Source: Lingula anatina (lineage: Eukaryota > Animalia > Brachiopoda). Taken from it: 64,000 bases of DNA. Where the stretch lies: NCBI GenBank assembly GCA_051362555.1, contig CM120640.1:34305967-34369966 (forward strand), written 5' to 3'. Position 1 is the first letter of the stretch. Each line of letters starts with the position of its first letter. Below the pieces are notes generated by a model. That model saw nothing but the letters and a program-made list of their open reading frames with translations, did not search any database and was not told where the DNA came from. Below, piece after piece: positions 23,563 through 36,400 of this stretch. Made by a program: the position numbers and the translations under genes.

Positions 23563-24007
23563 TGTCCTCCGTGTAAAGATAAAAAAGGTAGCGACATGCG
23601 ATCGACAAGATTCTTTCCCTTTTGATATCCAATTAGAAATTATAGACAGCAGCAAGGAACCCCCTTACAAACCTCTGAGGAGTATCAGATGAAAAACTCT
23701 AGTTTTCTGGCGTAAATCAAAATCATCAAAACCACTAAATTAGTTTTGCGGTTTCCGCGGTTTTATTAAATTTGCCAATTGTAACATATTTCTCTTTAAT
23801 TTCCAGATAATGACCAAACTATTTTGAAGTTTTGTCAATGATCCAAAAAGTGTTTTTAAAAAGTGGGATCAACAAAATAACACCAAACTTGTAGAAAAAA
23901 CAATAAAGTCACAGAAAAAAAATTCTATGATCGTATACAGTTAGCAAGCTGACACCCCTTTCAGTCCCCATTTTGGTATCGCCCAACCACTTGCACTAAG
24001 CAAAACC

Positions 24008-24021
24008 GTTACCTTAGAAAC
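24008..24021. promoter_or_regulatory. X-box (RFX)-like motif upstream of TRPN1
   Basis: GTTACCTTAGAAAC, about 460 bp upstream of the ATG in a locally CpG-richer region. Motif match only. Confidence 0.35.
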
Positions 24022-24481
24022 AAAGCTCGTGGTCCCCAAGTCTGGCGAGTGTGATAAAGTGTGATTGAAGAATTCACATCATTTATATAATCTTTCCCGG
24101 TGGGTCACACTCCCGATTTATCAATCGCAAAGTCAATACGAGATACCAATTCGGTGACATAGCTTGAACTAACATTCGAACTGCTTGTTCAGTGCACTGC
24201 ACAGTGAGCCGACCACCGCAACGTTAGAGGTATGGGGACTGATATGGTACTCACAGAGAAAACCGAAACGTAAACCACGCTCAGGAAAACGAACTTATTA
24301 ACCGTACCCAACAACCTGTACTAAAGGATGTCGTAGTTTTCACCATGCTTCGACCTAATTCATTTGTAATTCCACCGAGGAATTCAAAGTCGTGCGACTA
24401 CGACTTTACTGCGAATCCAAAGTTCTTGGCGAAGTTCCTCAGGTGAAATCGACAAGTTGAAATTAACAACGATCGACAATC

Positions 24482-27400
24482 ATGTCAGCCAGTACCGTCT
24501 CGAGCAACGTGGTTGAAACCAGTGGCAAGAAAACTGGAAGTAGCACAAGTTCCAACACGGATTTGGGATATTCAGACACAATTTCCATCAGCTCCGGGTC
24601 CACCGCCACTACGGTGAACACCCGTGTGTATAACCTATGCCAGAAAGGGGATTGGAGCGTCCTCGAACAAGTTCTACGAACTCTAGAGAAGGGAAGTCCC
24701 GAAGCCGCTTGTTCAGATGAGGTATTTTATAAAAATTGATGCATTTTATGCAATTTTTTTCAAATTCAAGTATAAAAGTAGGCCTATCAAACACAATTTT
24801 ATTTTCATGGAATATGAACAAATTCGATCATGAGCGTGGTATCTGCGTTGTTGAATCTGACAATCTGTGATTATTATTAAGATGTGAAGGTGAAATATTA
24901 GAAATTCCTTTATCTAAGCTGGCTTGCTGCTTGAGTGAATAAAGAAATCGACCCCCTCAAAACTCTTTAAAAGAAATTATTAATTTATTAATTTACAAAT
25001 TAGTGCAGTAACCATGAAAAACAAACCATTTTTTTACTGTTGTGGCAAATAATTATATAGATGTCTGCAGTGGATCTGTCATCATTGTTTATTATATTCA
25101 TATTTTAAAGCATTTAAGAAACATGTAATGAGGTGCTTAAAAGCTGGCAATTTCTTAATTATTACTAATGCAATTAACTTTGCCAATGCATCCATATGTC
25201 AACTTGTCACCATGACCAAAAAATATAAAGGGTCATTCTTTGGGAGATGGACTAACATTTTATTATTTTCCCTGTTTAACTTTTAGTCAGTCTTTTGAAA
25301 AAAATGTTAAATATTCAAGTTTTTTTTTTTTTTTTTTTTTTTGTAATTAAAGAAAAGGCCAATATGAAGCCAATTTAATACTGTTACCATAAATAGACAT
25401 AGTTTGTTTCCAGGCTTCATACAGCATGTTGATTTTACTCCCAAAATCATTGTGTCAGAACATTTTCCCAGATTGAGTTACTAAATACATGTATTTTCCA
25501 TTAAAGATATTCTGCAGAGGCACTCTGATAGCTCACACCTGTAATTAATGATACCTTGATTATCCTTTTGATAGAGGTGAAAGATGACGCACCAGAATTA
25601 ATAGGAACAGTTGATCATGGATTTTTTTTATATTGGCATGATGATGTTTTCTGCATAGCTTTTGACAAATGGTTTGAGGCTTGGTTATTAACATCAGCAT
25701 TTTTTACATAAATACATAACTTTTCTTGAACATTTTGTTTGAAAAGCTATGAGAAAGAAGCTTATGATGGTTTTAATAAAGAAACCGACAGTGCTAAAAA
25801 TGTATGAATGAAAAACAAAAACCAACCACACTGTAGGGGGTACAAAATGTAGGCATTTTTTTTATTAGGTAAACAATGTTGTTAGTGTGTTTGTTTACAT
25901 TTACAAACGAAAAAAATACTAGTTTTAATTATTTTCTTGGTTTCTATTCCTTTAACAATCAGATAGGAAGTAAATTCCCCTGAGAGGGTGTCAAAAAAAA
26001 GCCTCCAATACATAAAAGCCCCAAAAAGTCAACAAAGAATCTCATCAGTACTGCAGTTTGTTAAAGGAAATGGAAATTATTGCGTTTATAGTATGTTGCA
26101 TTCGATGTGGAATTGCCTGCTTGTTTAATCCATTCCAGTTAATCCCTTCAGTCTTGATCAATCAGTAATCCAGTCTTGTTGCAACAGAAATCAATAAAAC
26201 ATGCCTGCACCATCGGCCTTTGGTCCCCATATTAATAGCCTTGTTTGAAGATTGAGGAAAATATTTGAATGGGATGCTTTTTTATTTGGTGTAAAATAAT
26301 TAATCTTTACAGTGGCAGTGAAATTGGAAAAAACTGGGTTTGACAGCCTCTATCTCTGTATGTTGAATTTAGGTAAATGATATCCTTGTGAGTGCATTTT
26401 TTCTTTCACCATGGGGAAGTTATCCCATAGCGATGAAAGAAAGTGCGCAAACTGTTTTTGAGAGAAAGCCTGTGACATGTTATTAAAATCTTGCAATCTT
26501 GCTTAAAACTGGAAATATTCCAGTACCCCCAAAACTAGGGAAACAATACCCTAGACCAGGTCACTTGTTTACACAGTGGGGTCAGTTTACTGTTTTTTGA
26601 CTATTCAGTCAGCTAGAGTATGAAACACTCTTTCAACTTAAGTCACATTCAGAGCTGTTCTAACTTGGACCAGATGGCCAGATGAAGCTGTCATACAAGA
26701 TAATAAGAAAAAGACCTCCCCCCCCCCCCCCCCCCCCCCAATAATCCAAATAAAAATCTAAAGATTCATGCTACACAATCATTTCAAAAAGTAATGTCAA
26801 GTGACTAATTGTAATTTAAGTTAGTTATAAACGCTTTAGGTTCTTTAATATACACCTTTAAGTAGACTGCCCCAACTTGTTTTCACAACTAAAACACTGA
26901 AAGTGTAATTTGACTCTAAATAGAACCCCACACAGCACCATTTGTTCCTTGCATCCATGTGTTTGTTTCTTTAATGTAAATGAAGCTGATATCCAATTGT
27001 CCTGTCTTTTCCAGTTTTCTCAAAACCATTTTTGCACTGCAGACATCTCTCTTTTGATCACACAGTGTAAAACATCTGTAGGAGCAATCAGATTTTGTTT
27101 TCAATTTAGGACCCATCTGAAGGGGGAAAATTGCAACAATACACAGCCGAGGTTGCCCCTGGAATTTATAATCTTTTTTGTAAAGGGCAGCGTAGAAGCT
27201 GTTTTTCATTATCTTTAGAAACACTGCACTGACTTGCAGTGCTCTGTCTTGTTTCCATGTGAAACATCACGGAGCGTTTGTCTTCACAATGGCTGATGGA
27301 ATTTCAGACGAAACATCCTCGGAGTTTGATCCGCTTTTTAAAAAAATCCACTCTGCTCTCTGGACACTGAGTGGAAGAGAGAGTTGTGGAAATTTGTTTT

Positions 27401-30400
27401 TAGCACAGACTTCTGCATCACAAGTGAGTATGGAGATGTAGTGAAAGACTTTTTCGTGGCACTCAGAGTATCCTTGATAGTTTTTATGCCGGATTTTTTT
27501 TTCTTTTGTCATAGCTGTCCTCAGCAGTTGCCACAACTTGTATTTGTGACTCGCTAATTGTTAAGAGCAATTTCAACAGCACTTCTTTTCTTCAGCTTCA
27601 AATTGTGTATTTTATGTTATTTGGATTAAGTTTGATTAAGAATCAATTCCTTTAGTTGCTTAGCACAGGTATTCTTTTGCACTAACTTGTTTTTGACCTT
27701 AAGGCAAATAAAAGATTAAACGCCAGATTTTTTCTGGTAATTTCATGGCTTCTTCTGCAGGCAATCTTGAACAGGAGATGGAAGCAACTGTGATATTGTT
27801 TGGTGACCTCACTGTAATGTGTTTTTGAATGGTCATTATTTTGTGCTTAAACTTTCAGGACACAGGCATCACCCCACTGATGGTAGCGGTCAAGGAGAAC
27901 AAGCTGGTTATTGTGGAAAGGCTCATAGACCTGGGTGTCGGACTCAATGATAGAGCAAAGGTGGGTGTTTCTTTGATTAGTGCTTATTAACACTCAAACC
28001 ACAACAAAAGCTCAAGCACATTTGATTTATGAAATGTCCTTTAAAAGTGTTTTGTTAATAATACCCCAAAAAGATGATTCCATAAATTTTGGAAAGTCAT
28101 TTGGGCTCTTGTCAGAAAGTTTTTTTGTGTTGATAAAAATGATAAATCTATTTCACAGACACAAATGCATAGTCTGGGAGTACTCCATATGTTACACAAC
28201 ATACAATGTGATGCAGCATAAGATTTTGTAGTCTGCATGAGGACTGAAATTTTTTAAAGGGAGAGGGGGGTCTGTCTCCAAAGGCCCCAATTGGAAGTAA
28301 TTACAAAGATTTGTATTGAAAGAATTTAGTTGTTTGAAATTATGGTTACTAGTATGATTGCTGAAGAAGCAGTCCTTAAGAACTTAAAAAATATTAAATC
28401 ATAGAAGCAGATAGCTTGAACTTGGAGGGGGGGGGGAGGGAAGTGAGGGAGAGAGAGAGAGAATAAATCTTTCTTCCTTTAGTTGTTTGACAAAATATAA
28501 ATGTTTTCATGACATTAGTTTGCAATTTTATCGCAATTTTAAGACTAACATTAAAGTTATAGTTCATTAATGAGTTTCAAGTAAAATTGATTTGGGTCTA
28601 ACTTCAGAAGAGAGCAATTGATTACAATATTGTAATACAGATATCTTTATAAATGTAATATTTATTACTTTCACCAGTGTTCATTGCACAAAGAGTTGGG
28701 TCAGGGATTACTTGGAGGGAGGGGGGAGCTAAAGTTTTTAAAAAGAGGAAACTACTGAAAACATAAGGGTAAAGTTTGGAAAAAAAACTATTTCCAGTGC
28801 CTTCACTTCAAAATGATTATGATACTCATAAGTACTTTTTTCTCACAATTATTGAATAGCAGAAATCCTACGCAAAGCAATAGCAAGGCAATGAAATAGG
28901 AGGAGCAGGAAATACATGTAATCTTTACATAAATATTAAAGTTGAAAACCTATTCAACTTGAGTGGGTACGTGCAAGGCAACACTTTTATCTGAACGGGT
29001 CATAATATTAGGGTATTACCATAACACAGTGATTGTGTGTGCAGATTAAGGGAGATTCAAGTGCCAAACTGTTGCAAGGAGAAGCCCAAACAAAGCAAAT
29101 TTGGATACATATTTGGCCATGTTCACATTATAGGGACATGGTCCTGTTTGTCAACAGTCCTATAAAAAATAAAGTGGGATATCAGACAGCTAGGACTTTT
29201 AATTGGTTAAATTGCATTTTCAAAGAATCTAAAAAATCGGTTAGACCATGTACGACTTGTTATATCAATTTATAATGGTAAAACCAATAATCTAAAACAT
29301 ACTGAGCTATCCAAAGCAAAAAAAAAATTTGGGGAACAAAGCCTTGGTACATTCTGTACGCAGTTTTGGTTGCAGTCAAGGCTGAAACACACAGCTTAAA
29401 TCCATTCAACAGCTGCTTTATTTCAGATGTTCAGCTGAAAATTGATAGAACAAAGTTGTGTTGTGCAGACAGCAGTTTTATTGAAATTCAGACATTGAAA
29501 TTCAAAAATTATAGAAATAAATATGGACGCTAAAACTTTTTCAATTAGGTTTTTCGGCCATATGGGAATTCAACACAAGAGAATGCTTACTAAGCTCTGT
29601 GACTGTGAAATTATTTTGAATCCAGGAAAATTCACCATTGTTCACTAGGTTACCAAGCAAAAGGTGTTTAATGAGGCTTTGTAACTATGTAGAATTTTCA
29701 CCTTTATCATGATGTAATAATTATTTGATTGAAACCTCTGATAAATGTGATTAAAATGGCACACCTTCTCCAGACATTTCTTTTCTCATAAAGACAGAAG
29801 AAACAGTTAGGTAATTATAAGGTACCAGTTTTTTGACAAACCTAGTCAATTATTATGACGTTTTGAAAGGAAAAGGGCACAATATCAAATGAATGAAGTA
29901 TTATATATAGTATTAACTCACTGAGAAGTTCATCAATGTGACCTTAGCAACCGCAGACTTCCAACTGGTGCACTGTTTTTATTATATGTGCAAAACCCAT
30001 TTAAGAGAAACTTGAACTGAAAATGTCACAGACCAGACTCAACTTAAAGCCCTTTGGCACAGTGTTTACTCTGTTTGACAATTACCTCATAAATGATTGC
30101 TTTTAGAGAATAACATATGGATAAATCCTTTACATGAAAGAAAAATATTATTATTTAAAGTAAACTTTGTCCCTTAGTCGAACCCAAAATCTGCTAACAT
30201 CTGTATTTTTCTTACATCTGTAATTCTCTTCTTTAGATTTATATGCTTAATGCCTCGTATTAGAATTGAAATATGGAGGAAGCTTGTCAGACTGCAAGCC
30301 AGAGCTTTGAAAAATGCATCTATTTCAATGACTAGTTGTTTAATGTTAGTAACGCAGTGATCCTTAATAAACTTTGTATTTAAATCGCATTTATTTTGAC

Positions 30401-33400
30401 TTGATGACTTTATAATTCAGAGAGTAATACTAAGCAACCAATGTGTGTAGTTATTTACAAGTACCTGTAGCTGATAGATGCCCATATTGAAGGCAGGACC
30501 CCCGAATGCTTTCTGTTGGCGTTGCCTGAATAGGGTTTGTGTGGGGCTATGTCTTATCTTGGAAAGTTAGCAGATAAATAGCTGGGGACACAAAGTTCAC
30601 CCAAGTCTGAGCATTAACACGTAAATGTTAAAGTAAAAACCACCGTTGATTAGGATTAGTGTATGTTGTTTTGAATGTAGGTGTTGAATTATTTGCAATG
30701 GAATTCATGAGGGTGGAGAAGTAAAGTTGTTTTAATCCCCCCCCCCCTTTTTTTTTAAGGGAAGGTGAATAAATAGAAATGAAAGTGGTTTTATTGGGAT
30801 AGTAGGAAATTGCCAGTATTTTTTGTCTCATTTTTTGTTCATTATAGGTTTTTATAAATCATGAATGGCTTGAATAATTTTCTTTCACAGAATATAAAGG
30901 ATACATTCATATGATTGTCCATGGGTAAAACATCAGTGGCCGTTCTTGTAAAGTAACACATTTGTTATAAAGAACCAAGAACCCTGTGGTTACGCGCTGC
31001 CTAGGCCACACAACATGAATGAAACATTTTGTATTGAAAGAATTGTACTACTGTGCATTATTCTTCAACTGAAGCACTAGACTCAGTCAGGATCATTTGC
31101 ATTCCTTTTTTACTGAACTGTTTCTGTGCCTTTGAGTTTTTTTGCCTGTATAGCAGTATATCAGATTGTCAACAGTTGTGTTAAATTCCTTAAATTTTTG
31201 AGGTTTGCTTGCTGGAATTAGTTCAGTTATGTGTACTTTATTCGCTGTGGTCGATGGAAAACTTACTGTTACTATTAAGTATAAAGTTTGAGGGAGTTTT
31301 GATTCAGAAGTCCAACTTAATTTTAGGATTTTGTGAATTTTTGATAGTGCAGGGATGTGTGAGGTAAATTGTTTGGTTGAGCATATATACTAAAGAATGC
31401 AGTCTGAAAGTATAGATTAGCCTCCTCGACAATTTAGGCATTTATCATCCAACACCAAACCCTTTACACAACCAGTCTTTTCTAAAGTTACCAATTTAGG
31501 AGTAAAGTCAATCACTTGTGATGTTTGATACGAGGTCCAAGTATAGAACGGCCCTTTGTCCAGTTTTTAGCCGAATCGCCTTTCATGTTGACAAACACAA
31601 CAGAATTAGAGCCACATTATCTACGAACTTGAGGTGGTCACTTAATACCATTCAAATCAATTGCCATGGAGCGAGTCCATAATTAAAGATTTTATCAAAT
31701 ATTGTATAGCACTCAGATGCATTAGAGGCAGGTATCAAAAGTTATGTTTGTACATAGAAATGGGTTTCGCAACAAGTTGAGTGGTAATTACCCAAAAAAT
31801 TTTCAGGTGTGAAAGCAAGATTCCTAATCTCTTTCGGATATTCTATGTCAGGATTTCTGTCAGGTTGATATCACATTTGGTTCTTCATACTGGAATTAAG
31901 GTAGTTTTAAATGATTTTTATGTTTGTAAAGAGTAACTACTGATATTTACTGGAGTTGGACCTGGGCAGTAATGATTTAAGTCCTGAAAAGGAAAGATTA
32001 TATTTGATGCTTTAGCTTAGAAAAAAATAAACATGTTGACTATACAAAAAGTAACTTTTCAGTTATTCGCATTTGTGGATATCAGTTTATTATTCCAGAA
32101 AACTTTGAAGGGGTTTCTTTTCACACAGGTATCACATTTCAAAATGTAAACCCGCGAATAAGAAAGTCCTATTTACTGAGAGCAACTAATCTGCTGATTT
32201 TCACTGGTTTGATAATCTGTAGGAAATTTTTTATCTGGTTCACAAGCAAAGTAAAGTATTAATCAATAAGGACACTAACTGTCTTCATACACTGCTGCCA
32301 CTCATTGCTGCACCTCATAATCACTGTGTAATTGTCCAATAAATCATGTTTGGGATTAATTCCCAGAGAAATGATGTGGTATTAGAGCGGGGAGACCAGA
32401 CCATCGCCTTAGTTACCTGTCTGTGCTGGTATTGATTACGCGTCTGCCGTCTATTTTGAGAATAAGAAAGTGAACACTTGTACATTTTGTGGCATTTAAC
32501 TTGCTACATTTTGTCTGAAACACAAATTAAGTTCATAAATTTGTCTGTGGTTTTTATAGTAAGTTTTTTGCCGAATTTAGAGTGAAAAGCATTAAAAGCT
32601 TTTTAAATCGTCTGCATTATATGTGAAAACAAACCTGTATCTGTCATCATTTCAGTGCTGTATGTATTGGTAATATTCTATATATATACACTCAAAGAAT
32701 GAAAAAGTTGATTATGATTAACCTGTATGTAACAAAAGCTCACAGAAGTTTTAAAATCAAATTGTGATCCCATTATTTCCTCCCTGTTTAACTCAATCGG
32801 ATAACATTGCTTGCACTCATAAAGAAAAAAACCTAACTTACCATTCATAGATTTACAGGAATGATTCACAGGAATAAAACAGAAAAAAAAAAAAACAGTT
32901 TAAGTTTAATAACAAGCCTGATTGGGTTGTTTTTCATGATTTTTTTTTCACAAGCCCATTGCTGGTTACATTTTCTGAGTGTTCACAGTGACAGTAGTAC
33001 CTGACTAAAAATTGCTGGTAATTGTGTAATATTGCACAAAAACATTTTGTGCACTTTCATTGTCAAATTACTTGGTCTTATTTTAATGTCACTGCTTCTG
33101 TCAGTTTTGTCATATTTTTTGTCTGTCCATGTGACAGCTTTTGCTGTCTTGTTATTTGTAACTCTGGCATCGATTAACGAGATATTGCAGTGAAGATTGG
33201 TTGCAATTACTAGATAACAGGATGTAAAAAAGAAAAATTAAAAATGAAATGGGTCTTGTGGATAAAAGTCCTCTGAGTGTTGTATTGATCTATACAGCAG
33301 GGAATAAATAAAGCTACTTTAACACATGTGTTCATGCAGTTAGAATTAATCTACCAGAAACCTGACAAGTAAATAAAATATTTACTTAACTGTCAATGTT

Positions 33401-36400
33401 AAATAGCCATTTGAGATGGCATAGAACTTCAGTTTTTGACAGGTTTTATAATAGGTACCTTCCATGTTAATCATAAAGATATATTACATTTTTCACTGTT
33501 TTCTTTTGAATGTATCTTTTTCAATATTTATCTTTTAAATACAGTTATAAACCTCCACATATTTACCTGTGCCAAGGAGGTAATGTTTTTACCTTTGGTG
33601 GATGTATGGTTGGTTTGCTAGTTATCAGCCTAACCCCTCAAAAATGTGTATTTTTTTCAACTCCCCCCCCCCTCTCCCCTCAGAAAAAAAAATTGTTGGG
33701 TTTTGTCTTGTTTAATTCCTGATACAGACATATGGGAGTGTGAATCTCATCTGTTAAAGATCATTTTTTCAGACTTTATTTTTAAAACCACTGATAGTTC
33801 CATAAGTATTTTGCTGGGTTTATTTTGTACAGAGAAGTTGGTTGGCATGGCCATCAGATTAGACTGTGTTATCTTCCAGTTAAAGTCCTCCACATTATGT
33901 TTACATACCCAGTGCAAATTGTGACAGCATGTGGAAGATTCACCAAGGGGGTAATGTAAATGCCACAGATTGTCAAGGTCACTTGCACAAGGCCACGTGG
34001 CTGGTCAGTTAGAGGCCTTTTTCCCAGTGTTAAGTTATGTGGAACAGTTTAAGTGTTTCCTATTACCCAAGTAGTATCCAGAAGTAGAATTTTCAGTCAG
34101 AATTATTTGACATTTTTTCATTATCATTTGATCAAAGTAAGTAGCAGTAGGCCCTGAAGAAATGTATAATCTGTCATGAACACATACCATAGCTGTAGCT
34201 AGGTGAGGCAAATAAGACACGTGCATCATCTGAATCTATAGATTAATATTACTAGCAAGGCTGGCCCAAAGGGAGTGGTTAGATTTGTATCCTCATGTTT
34301 CAACTTAGCTACAAGCCGCAGGATGCAGTTTACTGTTCTCATGGAAGTGATTGTCTGAAGCGATTCTTCAGATTTGTTTGAAAAGAACTGCAGGAAATAC
34401 TTTAGACTGGAAGTGTAATTTTATAACAATATTCAAGCTACATGACGTCTTGTATATAAACACTTTTAGGAAGTATGGTAGAATGACTACCATACTTTAA
34501 TTTTTTACAATGTTTTTTCTCTTAATCTTATTCTAAAATATTAATAAAAAGGTGTGAATGGGCATTATGTTTTATAATTTTCTTTAATAAAACTCTCTAG
34601 TTACACCCATTAATTGCAGATTAATCTTAATCTAGTTCGTGTATTTATTAATATTGAAAAAAAAAAGCCTTGCTTTGCTATTATCAGTTAATGTCTTTAT
34701 TTAATTATTCCTAGGATGGGCGCACTGTCATGCATTTTGCTGCGTCATATGCCAGAGATGACATCATGAAGCTGCTCATTAATAAGAAGGCTGATGCCAC
34801 TATACCAGGAGGGGTGAGTGGAAGATGAATTTTTTAGTTTTCTGCGTAAATAAATTAATAATCCATTTGTCGTATGCAGAGTGATTAAGATGTGAGAATA
34901 AACATGATTGTGATAAGATTATAAATTGATAGTAGATGTGAAGCCATTGAAATGTGATCATTGAAAAAAAAATACCTTTCACAATTATTATTTGAAATTG
35001 AGTGATAATTTTTCCAGAAAAAAATTGTAATTACTTGGAAATTGTCATAAGTTCTGAAGAGTTAGTTAGACTTATATATAGAAAACATGTTTTTGGTGTA
35101 AGTTAAGTCTGGAAAATAAAAAAAAACTTAAATTGTCTTTAAAAGTGAGAATTTAGAAATGTATAAGTGATTACTCAATTTCTTTTTTATTGCTACCATT
35201 ATCAAAAATGTAAAACTCGAATTTGTCATTAAAGGAAATGGACTTCTGTTGCACAACTTGCGCAGCATCTCTATCATTATGCATACAAATGTTTCAGTCT
35301 CCTTACATTGCGCTGAAACACAAATCCTTGTCTCGAATTAATTCTGACAAATTGAAGTCAGACTGGGCCTTTGGTTGCTGTCTGGAGTTACAAAAAGGGA
35401 AGAGAAAAGTCATTCAACAGTTCGCCTATTGTTTAGAAAAAAAGGAATAATGATTGGGTGATTATCCCAGTGGGAGAGCTATGTAATCAGATGCAGAAAC
35501 TTTTGCAAACAGTGCCACCTGGCTTTGAGGGGTTTTATGTAGCTTTTATGTCTTAATTGTATTGGGAGCTATGGGAGGGGTGGTATGTTGGAGAGTGGGG
35601 GGGGGGGGGGGGGGGGGGGGCGGAGACACCATACATTTTATTAAAGGATAAGAAGATTGGATGGTTATTAAAAGCACTTAAAATCAATTTAAATGTATTA
35701 ATTCATTGTCATTGTCACTGTCTTTTCTTTATTAATGTTGCTGTATTTCTTCATTGTGTGTGTCTTCTTGCTTATGCGGTGTGTGTGTGTGTCTGTGTGT
35801 GTGTATGTGCGTGTGTGTATGTGTGTGTAGAGAGAGAGAGAGAGAAAGAGGGGGAGGGAAACCTCAATTCAAACATGAAAATGACGTCAACCTTGGTGTC
35901 TGGGGTATTCGCTATCTTTAGGTGTCAAACATTTTACTCACAGAGTTGGTGGTGTTTACAGTGGTGTGTGTGAGCATGAACATGTGTGTTGATCGAGAGT
36001 GGGTGGGGAAAGAAACTCGAATTGCTGTGACCTACGGAGCTTTGTTAGTATCATATTAACTTTTTTCTATTTTCATTTAAGTTTTATTTTATGGAATTTT
36101 CACCACGGTGAAAATAATTTACACCGCGGTGGAAAATAATTTTCACCGCGGTGGTAATTCCTGGCCATCTCGGTGATGAATAGGTAATGAGAACCTTACA
36201 TTTGCCAGATGCCGTCACGGTGCATGCTATTGTTACATACACACAAGGTTGGTGGATCTGTTTGTGGGGCCACTGCCGTTAATTTAGGTTTCCCATCTAT
36301 ATTTACCACCTATATAATTAAAGTCCCGCTTGCAGTTTTATGCAAAGGGAATCCCATTGTTATTACTAAATACTTAACGTTATTTTTGGACAATGTATTT

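Noticed and set aside
26717-26739. Long poly-C run (also poly-C near 22227 and poly-G near 35597) as G-quadruplex elements
   Set aside because: Homopolymer runs are frequent throughout this window and nothing else suggests function.
35557-35973. 138-aa ORF in TRPN1 intron 3
   Set aside because: It is built from poly-G, (GT)n and (GA)n tracts, has no ankyrin motif, and is not needed for the gene model.
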